Assembly (NCBI RefSeq): GCF_000181795.1
Contig: NW_003526943.1
Location: 436,487-500,486 of the forward strand
Source: Trichinella spiralis
Taxonomy: Eukaryota
Length of the DNA stretch: 64,000 nt
Direction: 5' to 3'
Of this stretch, positions 10,639 through 23,700 are shown in pieces (the stretch's first letter is position 1; each line of letters begins with the position of its first letter). The position numbers and the translations under genes are program-made. Below the pieces are notes generated by a model. The model made no database searches and had not been told where the DNA came from. It saw nothing but the letters and a program-made list of their open reading frames with translations.

Positions 10639-13600
10639 TCATCGTATCATTGCATCCCAGCGGTTTGTTTGTGGATTATTTGGCAAAAAAGTGTCGAAAT
10701 TTTGTTGCTTTAATGAGGCAACTCTGTCTCGAGGAGGAGGCGGAGGTGGTGGTGGTTTCATTTTAAAATTCAACGCCCCATCTTGGGAATTGATGCTTTC
10801 ACTGCTGCTGGCCGATTTTGAAAATCTCGGCGGTTCTTCATCTACGGCACTTGTGTGGATAATTGGCTGAGACTGAAGCCGTGTTGGAACAGACGATGAT
10901 GACAATGAATGGGAAAGCGGCTGACCGCGAGCAGTACCACTGCTTAATTTATACTGCTGCCTCAGCTCTTCAAAAGTTGCTATTTTTTCAACGTCGGAAT
11001 CAGGACTAGCATTATGTTCAAAAAGAATATTTTTTGATGATGTACGTGGCGGCGGTGGCGGAGGAGGAGGAGGAACTGAGCTCTGCTTTATTCTTGCACC
11101 TGGTTCAGATGACACTGACATTGGAGTTGCTGAACGAGATCGATTTTCATCGACGTGGTGGCGGAAAAATCGAGATGGCGACGCCACTTTCTTCAGAGTT
11201 TCGTTTCTGACAACGTTGCTAAACCAACCCCACTTACTGCTCTCCTCTTTTCCTTCAGTACCAGCACCACCACCACCAGAAGTTAAACCATTTGAAGTAA
11301 TGCTACTGGCATTCGTTCCTCCGGATAATTCATCTTTCACTGTTGGAAAATGCTTTACTTGATCAATAAATCCTACTCGCTTCTCTGCATTATTACTACG
11401 TCCAAGAGTCGATGTGGCTGAATCATGAGCGACAGTTTGCAGTTCTTCCAAAAGACTGTCTAATACGTGAACATCACCATTGAACGAGTTCGCCTTTTGT
11501 GTATCTTGAACTGAATTCACAGGATTCGACTTTTTCAATGTTCCGTTAATAACGGAGGTAGGAAGTACTTTTTTGGCCTCATCATTGAACTGTAAAATGA
11601 AAATTATGTGTGCAACAAAATCAGTTAATAACAAAGTAATATACTTATTATAAAACTATACTTAACACATTGCCAACGTTATGCAAAGTAGATTCACAAT
11701 CTGATAAATTAAGGTAAATAAGTTAGTCAGCTAAGTAAAACTTTTTAAAACAAATATTTCAACAAAATTTAAAAGAGGATAAGCTCAAACAATTACGGCC
11801 AAAATAAGTAAAAATAGATAAATAAATACAAGAAAATATAAGACTCGAGTAGAATTGTTACAATCAATTATTTTTTTACTATTAAATTTACAATAAGCTC
11901 ATTTTGAATTATAATACCACCATAAAAAGTGAAACACTGTACTTTGTTTGTAACTGTTGCATCAAATGATGTTTTGTCAGGCATAGCGTTCAGTCCAAAT
12001 TTAGTTGAACTATCTCGTGAAGGTGAATAAGTGCTTTTAATGAATTGGTAATTTCTTGATTTCGGAGGTGAATCCTGTACCTGCGCAAGTCTGAAAACAA
12101 CCACATTTTCAAAAGCTAACACAACAACATTATTAGCTCAGCATACTTCTTCATGGTAAGAATGGTATTTGTTAGCTTTTTGCATCGCTTTAAGGCGGCA
12201 TTTAAACGAAATGGTTCTTCTTTCAAAAATCTTAAATTCATCTGTATTTATCCCGTCATCAAAAATTAAATAGTTAATTAATTCATACTTTTCTTCCCGG
12301 ACTACTTTTTCCATTTCAGAACTCATAAGCCATTTCAAGCGGTCTTCAAGAACTGGAAAATCGCCTAAACAAAATTTTATTGAAAATAATGTTCAGTAAA
12401 AATATATTTAAATGATAATACTTTTTAATGTTGCAGCAGTGCGAGCAATTTGCATCAAAGTTTCTGTAAAATATTCAACGTCCGACATTTTCAATTTACG
12501 TCTGCCTGTCACCACTTGCTCTCGAAGTTTGTCAATATCTTCTTCAAGATTCCTAAAGATTTGCACAAAACCAAAGAATTTAGCTAATCAAAGTATGAAA
12601 TGCTTAAGAAAAAAAGCGTTTTGAAATTTTTTTTAAATCTTATTATAACTCATTATATTTTATTTACGAAACATTCCATAAATTCGAATTTATCACATTA
12701 CTACTTAAATAATTATCATAATAAACGGTCATGTCATCATACATAACATTCATTAAATTATAGGTGCAAAAAAACATTTCAAATAATGCACGTACATTAA
12801 TTTATTTTCCAAACACTTTCTGGTCTCTTGAAAACGTTTTTCCTCTTGATCTGCCCAGTTTCTTTCCGTCAGAAGAGCATTTTGCTGAACTGCCCTTTGT
12901 TTGCGAGCTTCTTCAGCAAAAACTTGAATATGCTTCTACAAGAACAAAACAATTAATTATTATTCATAAGATATAACTTAAAACAAAAAATTAAAACATA
13001 CGTTTGTGTTTAGAATAACTTTTATTCGTTCGCTCATATCTCGCACCAAATTTTTAGCATAGGTATTGTTTGTTTCTGCCATTTTTTTCAACTCACGTAT
13101 TTCTCTTTGCAATTTTTGTACATTCTGATGAGCACTTTTCAACATTCGCTTTCCGTTGCATGTCAAATAGGCTTTTGACTTTTCCAAATTATTACTACTA
13201 CTACCTTCTAAGAGAGTTTTATCTAAATTTTTTTAATGCTAAAAAAGTATATTTTTGTTGTTTGCACAAATAATTTTGAAACCTTTTTCATGAGATATGG
13301 TGCATAATTTATCCGAACCAATATCACTGAAGCGTGAAGTTGAGCCACTGTCACTTGTATCATCGCGACCACCATTGACAAGTTCTCGTCGAAGCATATC
13401 CCAATCTTTGCAAACAGCATCTTGTACTCCTTTTCCAACAAGAGCCGAATGAACCAAATTTGATAAATTCGTCAACTGCTTTTCCATATTAAACATTCTA
13501 ACTCTAGGGATTGAAAAATTATTTCAAAATACATTTTTTGTACAAAATATTACTCACTTTGTTTCTTCATCAATGATAGGAGTGACGCTTCCTGACCTAG

Positions 13601-16600
13601 ACAAGCTATCAGAACGATCCGAGGAGCAAGATTTTTCTGAATATGGATAATTTAATATTCCCGGCTTGTTAGGTAAAGTGCCTTAAAAGCAGAAAGAAAA
13701 AAGGCATAAATACACAAATAGTCTTTCAAAAAATAAATTAAACATTATAAACAACTGCTTTACAAAGTGTAAATGGTGTAATCAGCAATAATGTCATTTG
13801 CCTGATTCACATTCGTCGTGATTTAAGTGATATAAATAAAATGCAAAGCATGAAAACAATGTAATGAATGAGCAACTATATTCAACTAAAAATTGCCATT
13901 GTTTTAATTTTTAAATGAACGATCCATTATAATTTTTTTTAAAAAATCGTTAAAATATTGCAATTTTAAACTGAGCAATCTTACCACTATGTCCAAAAGG
14001 AGAAGGGCGTCGGTTTTGTAAAATCATTGCTGGAGGCAAGCAATCTTCACGCAAGTAAACGTCTGGTTTGGACAAATTGATAGTAGAAGAAACATATTTT
14101 CGTACTAAATTCGGCGGAACAGCTTTCGAAGTTCCATAACGACTCATTGGATTTCGATATGCTGCAGAAATATTGCTGCCGAGTCGATTACTGCTATATC
14201 CTTCAATGCCAAAATTATACATTCCCATAGAAGATGACTTGCGCAAACGATAATCGCCTTCTAGTTCGGATTCACTGTAATAATTGGAACGCATCTCTTT
14301 TTTTATACCAGAGCAATATGGAGACGAGGAAAGTGGATTTGATGAATGGAAAATTGTCAATGCGGTTGGAGTGGACAATGATTCTCGATGATCAGATGCA
14401 AAAGTCACTCCTACAATAGTTATTATAAACTGATTAATTTTCAAGTAACATTAAAATAAAATACCACGTACTTACCATGTTCAGAACCGTCTGCAGGTAT
14501 GCCCCGAGACTGCTCGTGCAATTTAAGTATTGATCCTTCGTTGATGTCGCTTTAAAAGAAAAAAAAATATAATATGCAGCAATATGCATGTGAAAAAATA
14601 GTATCCTATATGCGCACGTCAGTGATGGACAATATAATCAAGACAAAATTAAGAAAGACATCCCCAGAAAACAGGCAACATCAGCGACCCATTTGATTTT
14701 AAACTTGTTATTCAAGTGAGATAAAATCGATGTGGTTGCAGTTTTGTTCGAAAAACATTCACTCTGAAGATCAGGCAAAACTTTCTTCAACAACTTCAGA
14801 CCAAACATCGTGTCATTTCAATTTTTAACCGCACCCTATTTTAATGTCAAAATTATGGAATATGGCCTTGTGTAAAATTTGGCTATACGGTTGCTAAAAT
14901 TTTACAACAGAAAATGGCAGCTTTCGAAAAACTTATCTTTTCGAACAAATGCAAGAGTAAATTGACAAATTGCATGTTGCACGTCAGAGCAGTAAAAATT
15001 TCCATGTTCAAATAATAAATCTGTCAAAAGCGGTCATTTCAAAGTAATATAATTAATAAAATAAATCCATGATTTAACATGGTCATTTTTTTTAAATTAC
15101 ACCACGTCAAATATGAAGACAATGTTTGTTTTACAGTATATCAATTATATCCACATTTGATATTTGACAATTTCGTTATTGTCACTGTTAACTATTATTT
15201 ACTCATCCTTAAATTTTTATTACATGGAAATTTTTTCGAGAACTTATTACAAAAACATACAAATTTTACCAATTTGAATAGAGCATTACACTAAAAAATG
15301 AACAATTTTTTTTACTTGTGATATTATACCAGTAGAAAAAAATTTAGATGACTACGGCCATCATCGACATGTGTAAATTTCGTAATGCATTATTTTATTT
15401 TTATAAAAGCACTTTCTCATCAAGTTTACAAATTAAGAAACGTTTTACCGTAAAATATCAAAATTAAAAAAATAATAGTTTTTGATACTATGAATTCACA
15501 AAATATTTACAAGTACTATTTATAAAACCGTGAACAACCATACGGACAAATGCCCAATTTATTTACTTTCAATAATTTTAACAAAATTTTTGCAAAAAAA
15601 TGCATTATTTTTATTTATATCACAACAACTTTGTATATATATAATATACATATATTTGTAAAAAAAAGTTTTTTAAATAATAAATGTTACGTTAGCTAAA
15701 TAAAGAATTCATGCAAAAGGAATGTGTAAACATCATCTACATATATTTACAAAATGAAAGGTAAGTTATTATTTCATCATACAATTTAACTATACTGTAT
15801 CAACTGATTATTAATTTAAATTTAATAGAAAAAGAAAGAAAAAAAAATCTCTTACTTTTCTTCTTTGATCGAAGAAATTATTTGAAGTTTTTTGAAAAAA
15901 CCATTTGAAAAAAATTTTAAATAGCAAAATGAAGTTTTACGTAGTTTGCTTTGCAGCAACGTAATAAAACAGCAAACAACAGTAACGGCGGTGACAAGCG
16001 TCTTAAACCGGTCGTTGATATTTTACTAAAATGGAATTCGTACGACGTACCTTCGGGACAAAAAATTGTAATCCCACGTGAAAAGAACAGCAGCATTACC
16101 CATCTGAACACACATGCAAATACAAAATTAGCTCTATATAGACAAACATACAGACTTTGTACAGTTTGCAAATACAAAATATCCCCTCCTCAAAAAAAAC
16201 TCGCAAATAGCATTACAATCTACGTATACACACACAGAGACTAACTGACTGACTGCAAGCAGAGTTAAATGACAAAATGAAAAGTCATAATGTAAACAAC
16301 AAGAATAATAATATTTTTTTTTTTCGTTTCCTCTTTATGCAATAAAAAATTTTATAGCTGACAATCGATATTTTCAAATCTAAAGCTTTTTCTTTAATGA
16401 TAAATAACAGCAGAAAAAAGAAAATAATGCAGTAAATAATCTAATCCTGGCAGCGGATTTCTTTTGAAAATGTACATCAAATAAAAGCCGGCTTAAAGGA
16501 TGACTTACAATCAATAAAATATGAGCTTAAAGTTTTACGGTGGATAATTAAAAAATTTTAATTATCACTTTAAATCAAAAACCACTTCAACATTTTCTTT

Positions 16601-19600
16601 TACTTCACACCGCGACATTTGCCTGTTGCAATTGGAAATAGAAGAAAATTGAAAATGATTGATCATGCCTCCCCTTTATTCTCTCTCTCTCTTTTACTAT
16701 CAAAGTATTCCGCTTACTTGCTACAAATGCTGTAATAAAAATTTAACGACTGAAGTGCAGAAAAAGCTATTAAAATTTTCGCAACAACTGTTGCGTCTGT
16801 CCTTCACACTATTTTTCTCCTAAAGCGCAAAAAAAAGACTACAAATAATTTATACGTCGCTAATTGTGCAATTCAATTTGAAAATTCTCTTTTACACATC
16901 TATTAATTAATAAATATTAAATACAGACTATATCTAAACTTACAGTTCTCTTTGTCAATTATTAAATAAGCATTGCACTAGTAGGGATGAAACAATTCTC
17001 ATTCAAAATATGAAATTTTTTAAAATTTGAAAAGCGACTATAACTGAGGCAAAGCATGAGACTGCAACACATAACTAATAGATAGATGAATAACTTTATG
17101 CCTCGTTTCACGTTTCACAAATAACAAAAACACAATGCGTTTTATTTAAAAAAATTTTTTTGTTGTTATTCTGATTTGTTTTTTAGATAATAAAATATCA
17201 TTGTAAAAGAAAATTGAAATAAAAATGCCACATTGATTAAACATAAAACAAAACGTACAAAAAGCACAAAGCTTTTTATTAGTATAAGCAAAATGGAAAA
17301 ACATTCATCTAGAAACATCACAACCAAATGCATTGATATAAATTGTATTTTGTGAAAAAAAGCCAAATACAAATACATTACATTCTATAAATAAAAACAA
17401 GAAATCAAAATCCAAACTCAGATGAATCTTTTAATTGTAAATTTTGCATTTTAGAATATCGCGCACAACTTTCTAAAGTCTGCATGTACATATTTTTCAC
17501 ACGTCACTTACAGCGTCAAGGGCAAATATTGATAACATGAACAGCCTCTTCATCGTTACTTGTTCGAGAAATGACAGTACAACAACTTGTGAACCAAAAA
17601 ATTCAATGAATCATTTTTATCAATACAGCAGTAGCAGCAGCAATTCAACTATTAATTTATATTATTAAAGCAAACTAAACATGCAAATATATCGCACAAA
17701 AAGCAAGCTAACAGATCAATTTGAAAATTTGTTAATTTTTACTAATGGGTTTCTAATTTTTTTCAATATTAAATTCTAATTGATTTTTCTCGATTGTACT
17801 CGCATCAACCGCAGCATAAAAGCTTGCAGAATGGAAAATTTTTATTTTCCAAAACCAACTACTAAAGCTACACATTATTTTATTATGCAATGATAGATGA
17901 TGTACAACGTGATTTCTTATTTTGCACAAATGCAATACGCAATTTTGCAAATGTTTGTGTGCAATGCAAAATACGATTCAAGTAAATTTCCAAATAAAAT
18001 TTAAATTTTCACTCATGTAGTTAGTAGTTGCATTGATTGGAAAATATTTTACTCGTGATTAAGAGTTTAAGCAGTGGAAGCTCATGTTATCAAGAAATCT
18101 AATCCAAACTTCTCTGTATTGATTGACGATGATGTTATAGTTGTGCAAATATCAAATTCAGTGAATAAATTCATATTTTTTCTATTAATAATTCAATCTA
18201 TACTGACTGTTTTCAACTTTTTCAATCTTACACAAGACAATATTCACAACATAAGAGTACATACCTCAAATCATCCAGTTCATAAAAGAGTCCTTCTTTG
18301 CCTGGATTTTGGATGTAAATTTTGACAAAACTTGACGTCACATAGTCACGACTGATGGAATCAGAAAACGTGTGCAAGAACAGTTCTCGAATATCATCCA
18401 AATAACGCAGGTCGTCCGGCAGCGTGGCTCGCTTTGTCTCATCTTTGAATTGAAGAAAAACTTGGCCTGAAACAGAAATACTGCAAACATACGTGTCCAG
18501 GCAAGGTAAAATAGCTGTGCAACAAGAGTATTTGGTTTTATTTATTTCCAACTGGCTGCAGCAAATTTATTCTTATTACTGGGTTACGCAAACTTGCAGA
18601 AGCAGCAGTAGAAGCAACAGCAGGTTGGTCGGATTGCAAATATGCACAAAATAATAAAGCAACAACAGCATTCGTCCAAAGTTTTTATAATCCGCAAAAG
18701 TTGGATTTTAACATTGTTTGAATTTTAATTTTCATAATTTTTACGAGAAAAAATAAAATGCAAAATATTTTCACTAGCTTTCAACTCTGCAAAAGTTCAC
18801 CTACTACCTACCTCTCATCAAGTTAAACATTAACTGAAAATTGCAAATTAAACTGAAAATTTTCCAAACTAAAGCTTTGTTTAAATTAGTTTAAAAAAAA
18901 TTAATTTTTTATATTTTTCCTACTATCCTAAAACAGCAACCTGTTTAGCTTGTTTTGACCAGTTTCGCATTCGAGAGCTTGCTTGCTTGCTTGCTCAATA
19001 AACAACGATACAGAAAAATCAAGCAAACATGTAAAACAATTTCAAATATTCCAACAAACAAATAACCCCACAGGCGTTGCATGTCGTCATTAAAATGATA
19101 AAAATAAATGATAAAAAAATATTTTCCAACATAATCATGCTAATAATGCTTTACAGTAAGATATATCATGCATTTTGTATTAATATCATGCTGCTGCTCA
19201 TCATAGTAGCATACGAAGAAAAAATTTTCATAAATGAAACGAATTTACAATATGCAATTTCAATAATGCAAAGAATAAACTTTATACCAAATGAATAAAA
19301 TTATTTCATTTCAACGTAGAATTTTAAAATTTACAAGTATTTAATTCTTTTTGAAATTACTGTAAGCTATAGATGAAAATAGCATAATACTGTTCGTGCA
19401 AAATTTTTTCTTTTTCAATTTATTCTATTAGAATACAGTTTATGAAATTTCAAAATTTTCTTCTAGTTGTTACTAAATATAGAAGAAGAATATTTTAATC
19501 TTAGATCATCAATTAGCACTATTAAAATGAGTTGTACTGCAGAATTGTTGTTCTATATATTACGCAAGTCAGCTATTTATTTTTTTAAGCAAATTAGTAT

Positions 19601-20793
19601 AAATATTCAAAGGTTGTTTTTTCCTTTAATTTGTAGCAACTGTTTCTGTTTCAATACAAATAAGTGATCTAAATTTTTTCAGCATTTGCAAAAAAAAAGC
19701 AGCTATAAGCAATCAAAAAATGCAATTAAACTGCGCGAATAATGTGTACAAATTTACAAAGTCTATAAAGCTTCATTTATTGCTAAATAAAATGATCATT
19801 AAACAAGAGAAAATTTTCATCTGCTGAAGAGACCAAATAAACATTTAGGAAACAAAATTCAATTCTTTAAAAAATCCTACGCACAATGGCAGGCAGCCAG
19901 ATGCGTTTTACACCTTCGAAGAAATTCTATTTATAATATATAAAATTGTGTGCTATTTATTCCATCAAGCATCGAACAGCAAGCAATAAAAGCTTTTTTC
20001 TTCTTATATATTATTCAAAGGAAGAAAATTAATCAGTGCAAAATTAAAATATTAATTTCATATTTTGAATATTTGTTAATGTTTGTTTCTTCTTAAGTAA
20101 AAAAAAAATTAATAATTTATGCTCAAATTTTGTTATTGAAAGAAAGCTGTAAAAATCGAAATATAAGCTAAAGCCGTATAGCAAATTAAACTGATTACTT
20201 TTTAAATAATAATTATGTATACTAAAAGAGAAACTTTTTAGTATAATTTAAAAAAAAAGAAAATATTAAACATTTGAAATTTGATTTACAAACGAATTTC
20301 AATAAGATCACAGTTTACAAGTTCTATTTGGTGAAATATTAAAAAATTAACGCTTCTTACGTGAATCACATCCAACACCGTTGAAAGCACCGTACGGATT
20401 GACGAGCATATTTGTATAATTGCCACTGCTGGTACGGCATCGACTGTTTCGTTTTGAACGCATACCAGTTGTACAAGAAGTCTCTACTTCGGACATAATT
20501 CCTTCATCTTCATCGTCCGCTTTATTATATTTGAGCAGATTTGATTTTTTCCAAATTCCACGTTGCTGCTTTTGTAATGGTTGTTGTTGTTCCTGAAATG
20601 TTTGAACTTGTACAAAATGATAAAAATTTAAATTTAAATTTAAACCAAAAACAAACCTTATTCTCAGAACATTCATTGTCGGTGAACGTTTCCGACTGAG
20701 CAAGTGGTACGGCAAAATTTCGCCTTCCAGGTGGAACATTGTTCTCGGTATGTTTTCTTTGACACTGACGTGCATGAAGAAGTGTAGATGAAT
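10639..20793 (-). CDS. SRCIN1 (p140Cap)/sickle-tail (KIAA1217)-like, AIP3-family coiled-coil scaffold (insect CG32809-like). Multi-exon; 5' end unresolved
   Basis: Spliced exons (20793-20657, 20592-20361, 18466-18265, 14549-14476, ~14411-13985, ~13682-13559, ~13504 onward, last exon to 10639) give DEGIMSEVET, QVFLQFKDETKRATLP...LFYELDDL|SDINEGSILKL, YYSESE and SRSGSVTPIIDEETK|VRMFNMEKQLTNLSNLVHSAL. A coiled-coil region and a Pro-rich tail follow. These motifs match the family as I recall it. Confidence 0.8.
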
Positions 20794-23700
20794 CTGAAAA
20801 AAAATATTTCATATTTTATTCTGAAACAAAATACTCACTAAGCTGGAGGTATGAAAGAGAATAGGTGCTGTGCTTACTTTTTGGTTGCAAAAATTTGAAT
20901 ACATTTTTCAGTGGCATTTATAAACGTGAGAGAAATAAGCGAGTGAGAGGGAAGAAAGAGAAGATCAGAAGAGGGAAAAGAAAAAAAATGAAATGAAATA
21001 AAAAAGGCACTTTGAAAAGTTTGAGAAAGATGTAAATGGATAGCCGAATAGCAGAAGAAATGCAATTGGCCAGTGGGGCTTGATCAACAGGAGGTGGTGG
21101 AGGAGGAGGAGGAGGCTTGGCAATTTTTAGAGACCGCAAACCGCCGCCGAGAAGCCGTCGTCAGCTTGGCCTGGACGATGATTGTTAGCATCTAGCTAGC
21201 TATTCGGCACATGACACCGATGGGCCTTCCTTCGATCAACCAAAAGCGTAAATTCTTTTCCAACGTCGGAAACAACAACTGGCAAATGCCGCCAACATTA
21301 TATTCTTTTGCTGCTTGCTGCTGCTGCTGCTGCTGCTGCTGCTTTTCCTTCTATCACCACCATCACTACCACCACTATCGTGTTTGTTGCTTCTCTATTC
21401 CTCAGCAATTACTCCTGCTGCTAATGCTTAATGCTAATTATAATGCTCATGTGCTTGCGCAGAGAGATTTCTTTGCACCCTCGCAACAAACAATAATTAT
21501 ATATACCTCACATTTAAACTTTTTTTCCCTTTTTATCTCTTCTCTTTGTGTAAGATACTTTACGGTTCATACCACTGAATCTGTTCTTGACAAAACAGCA
21601 CGTATTTTCCAAAAAAAATTAAAAATAAGTAAATCAACTTCACGACATATATATATGCATATACATGCATGCAGCTGTCTGTTGACCTGTATGTAGATCT
21701 CAACAGCTAAAATTCAGAACCAATTTAATAAACTTACTTTTTTATATTTTTAAAAAGAATTTTTTTTGAAAAATTACATATCACAATAGTATTACTTGTT
21801 ACAGAAAATAATTGGGTTTTGCACAAAATGTTCTAAGACGAAACTATTGAAATCATTTTTTTTGTCATTCCAATTGAAATTAAAAAAAATTTTAATAGGC
21901 TATTCATAAAAATAGACTTTCATTAGTGAAAAAAAGCTCATTTGTTGTAGTGCAACATCCAGTAAGGAGATGCTAAAATAAGATGTTAATGAAGCACATG
22001 TACCCAAATTGAAAAAATAATTTGTCATCTTTTGAAACATTTTTAGGAAATTTAGCTATATTATAGCTCTTTATTTTTTTACATTGCATCACAAATATTG
22101 ATAATTTGGACACTGCTGTACCAAATAAACAAAAGAGGATTTTCATTGAAGCTAATTTGAAATAAAAATGAAATTTTTTGTTCGAATTATTTCATTTCAT
22201 TTTATTATTCGTCTCTTTATTCGTAGCTGTAATTTTCGATGATCCTTCTACATCTACAGTCAACTGAACAAAGCTACTCGAAGAAAATTTGTTAAAATTG
22301 TAATAAAACCCAAAACTCACATCATATGAAATGTTTTATTTAAAAAAAATGCATTATAACAAATATTTATAAATATTATGCGCTTTTAAAACATCTGCTC
22401 TTAATATTTATAAATGAATGAAGTACTCATTTATCACAAACTTTGAAATGAAAAATTTTGATTTTACGTTGATAAAATCTGAATATCATTTTGCATGTAT
22501 AAATAATAACTGAAATAAATTAAAGAATGACAATTCTTAAAAACGCACTTTTACTCTGGTTTGAGCATTTGCATATTATATATTTATATTATCAGATGGA
22601 ACATTTTAATATTTGAATTTACTTTTCAATGTCATGTAAAAATATATTCATCCCATAGCTTTCAGTTGTGTGCACTAATAAGTGATAAACATTGGTTTGT
22701 TTATTATTCGACTACATTAATTTCACTTTCATATTGAAAAATCATATTCATGCGTTAAAAATTTATTTAAGCAGCCCTAATCAGGTGATTAATTGCAATT
22801 GCAGAAAAAGTTAATGCAAAACTGTTTTGGCTTCTGAATATAAAAAAAACACTTCAAAAGAAAATAAGCTTTAAAATAATTTTTAAAATTTGTATTGCTT
22901 TTTCAAATTATCAATTTTATCAATGTAATATTTTTCAACATTTTCAAACATCAAAAATCTAAAAAGCGGGAAAAATGTAATTTACGTCGCACGTTATAAC
23001 AAAGTGAACAATTATAAAATTAATAAAATAAATTGATGTCAGAAAAATTTTATTTCATTTATCTTTATTTAAGTGTGATTGTCATTTTATTACAAACGTT
23101 TTTTAGAAAAAATTATCATTTGACTAGTCAAAAATTCGAATTATCAAAAAATCAAAAATGTTCAACTGTTTCGATTAAAAATGCTTCAAAGATCAACATA
23201 ACTAATAAACGCATGCTTTGTGCTTATCTGTTTATGTTTTTTAAAAATTGTTTTCATTTTCATTTAACATTGTTGTTGTTTTGTGTAGGAAAAAAAATTC
23301 TGAGAATTACTTTAAAATAAAATTAGATACAAATATTTTTTTTCTAATATTCCCCTATTTTTATGTGCACAGATGGATAAAACCCCACTGATTCTTGCAG
23401 GAATGTAAATATATAATAATAAACATTGATCATGCTGTTTCCACTAGTAAAAAGATAACGTTTGCTGTATTATTCTTTTATTTTTTATTCTTTAATATTT
23501 AAGCTAATTTTAGCATATGCAAACTGTTCATTTACATACTGATTTATTATTTTTTGAAAATAACGTCCGTACTGTAAGTTTAAAACTGCCCAAAAATTCA
23601 ATTTTAAAAGTCAAATTTAAATTAAATAAAAAAACAAAAGCAAGCTAAATTTAAAATAAATGAATAATAGCGTAATAACAATAAAAATTGCGCCATGAAA

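Noticed and set aside
14640..14808. 56-aa minus-strand ORF MFGLKLLKKV... in the SRCIN1-like intron as an alternative first exon
   Set aside because: Only a weak phase-2 donor (gtttaa), which is insufficient support.
20918..21300. Poly-Pro ORF (LKIAKPPPPPPPPP) as the first coding exon of the SRCIN1-like gene
   Set aside because: There is an in-frame stop upstream, no ATG, and no donor giving the right phase. More likely UTR or regulatory sequence.
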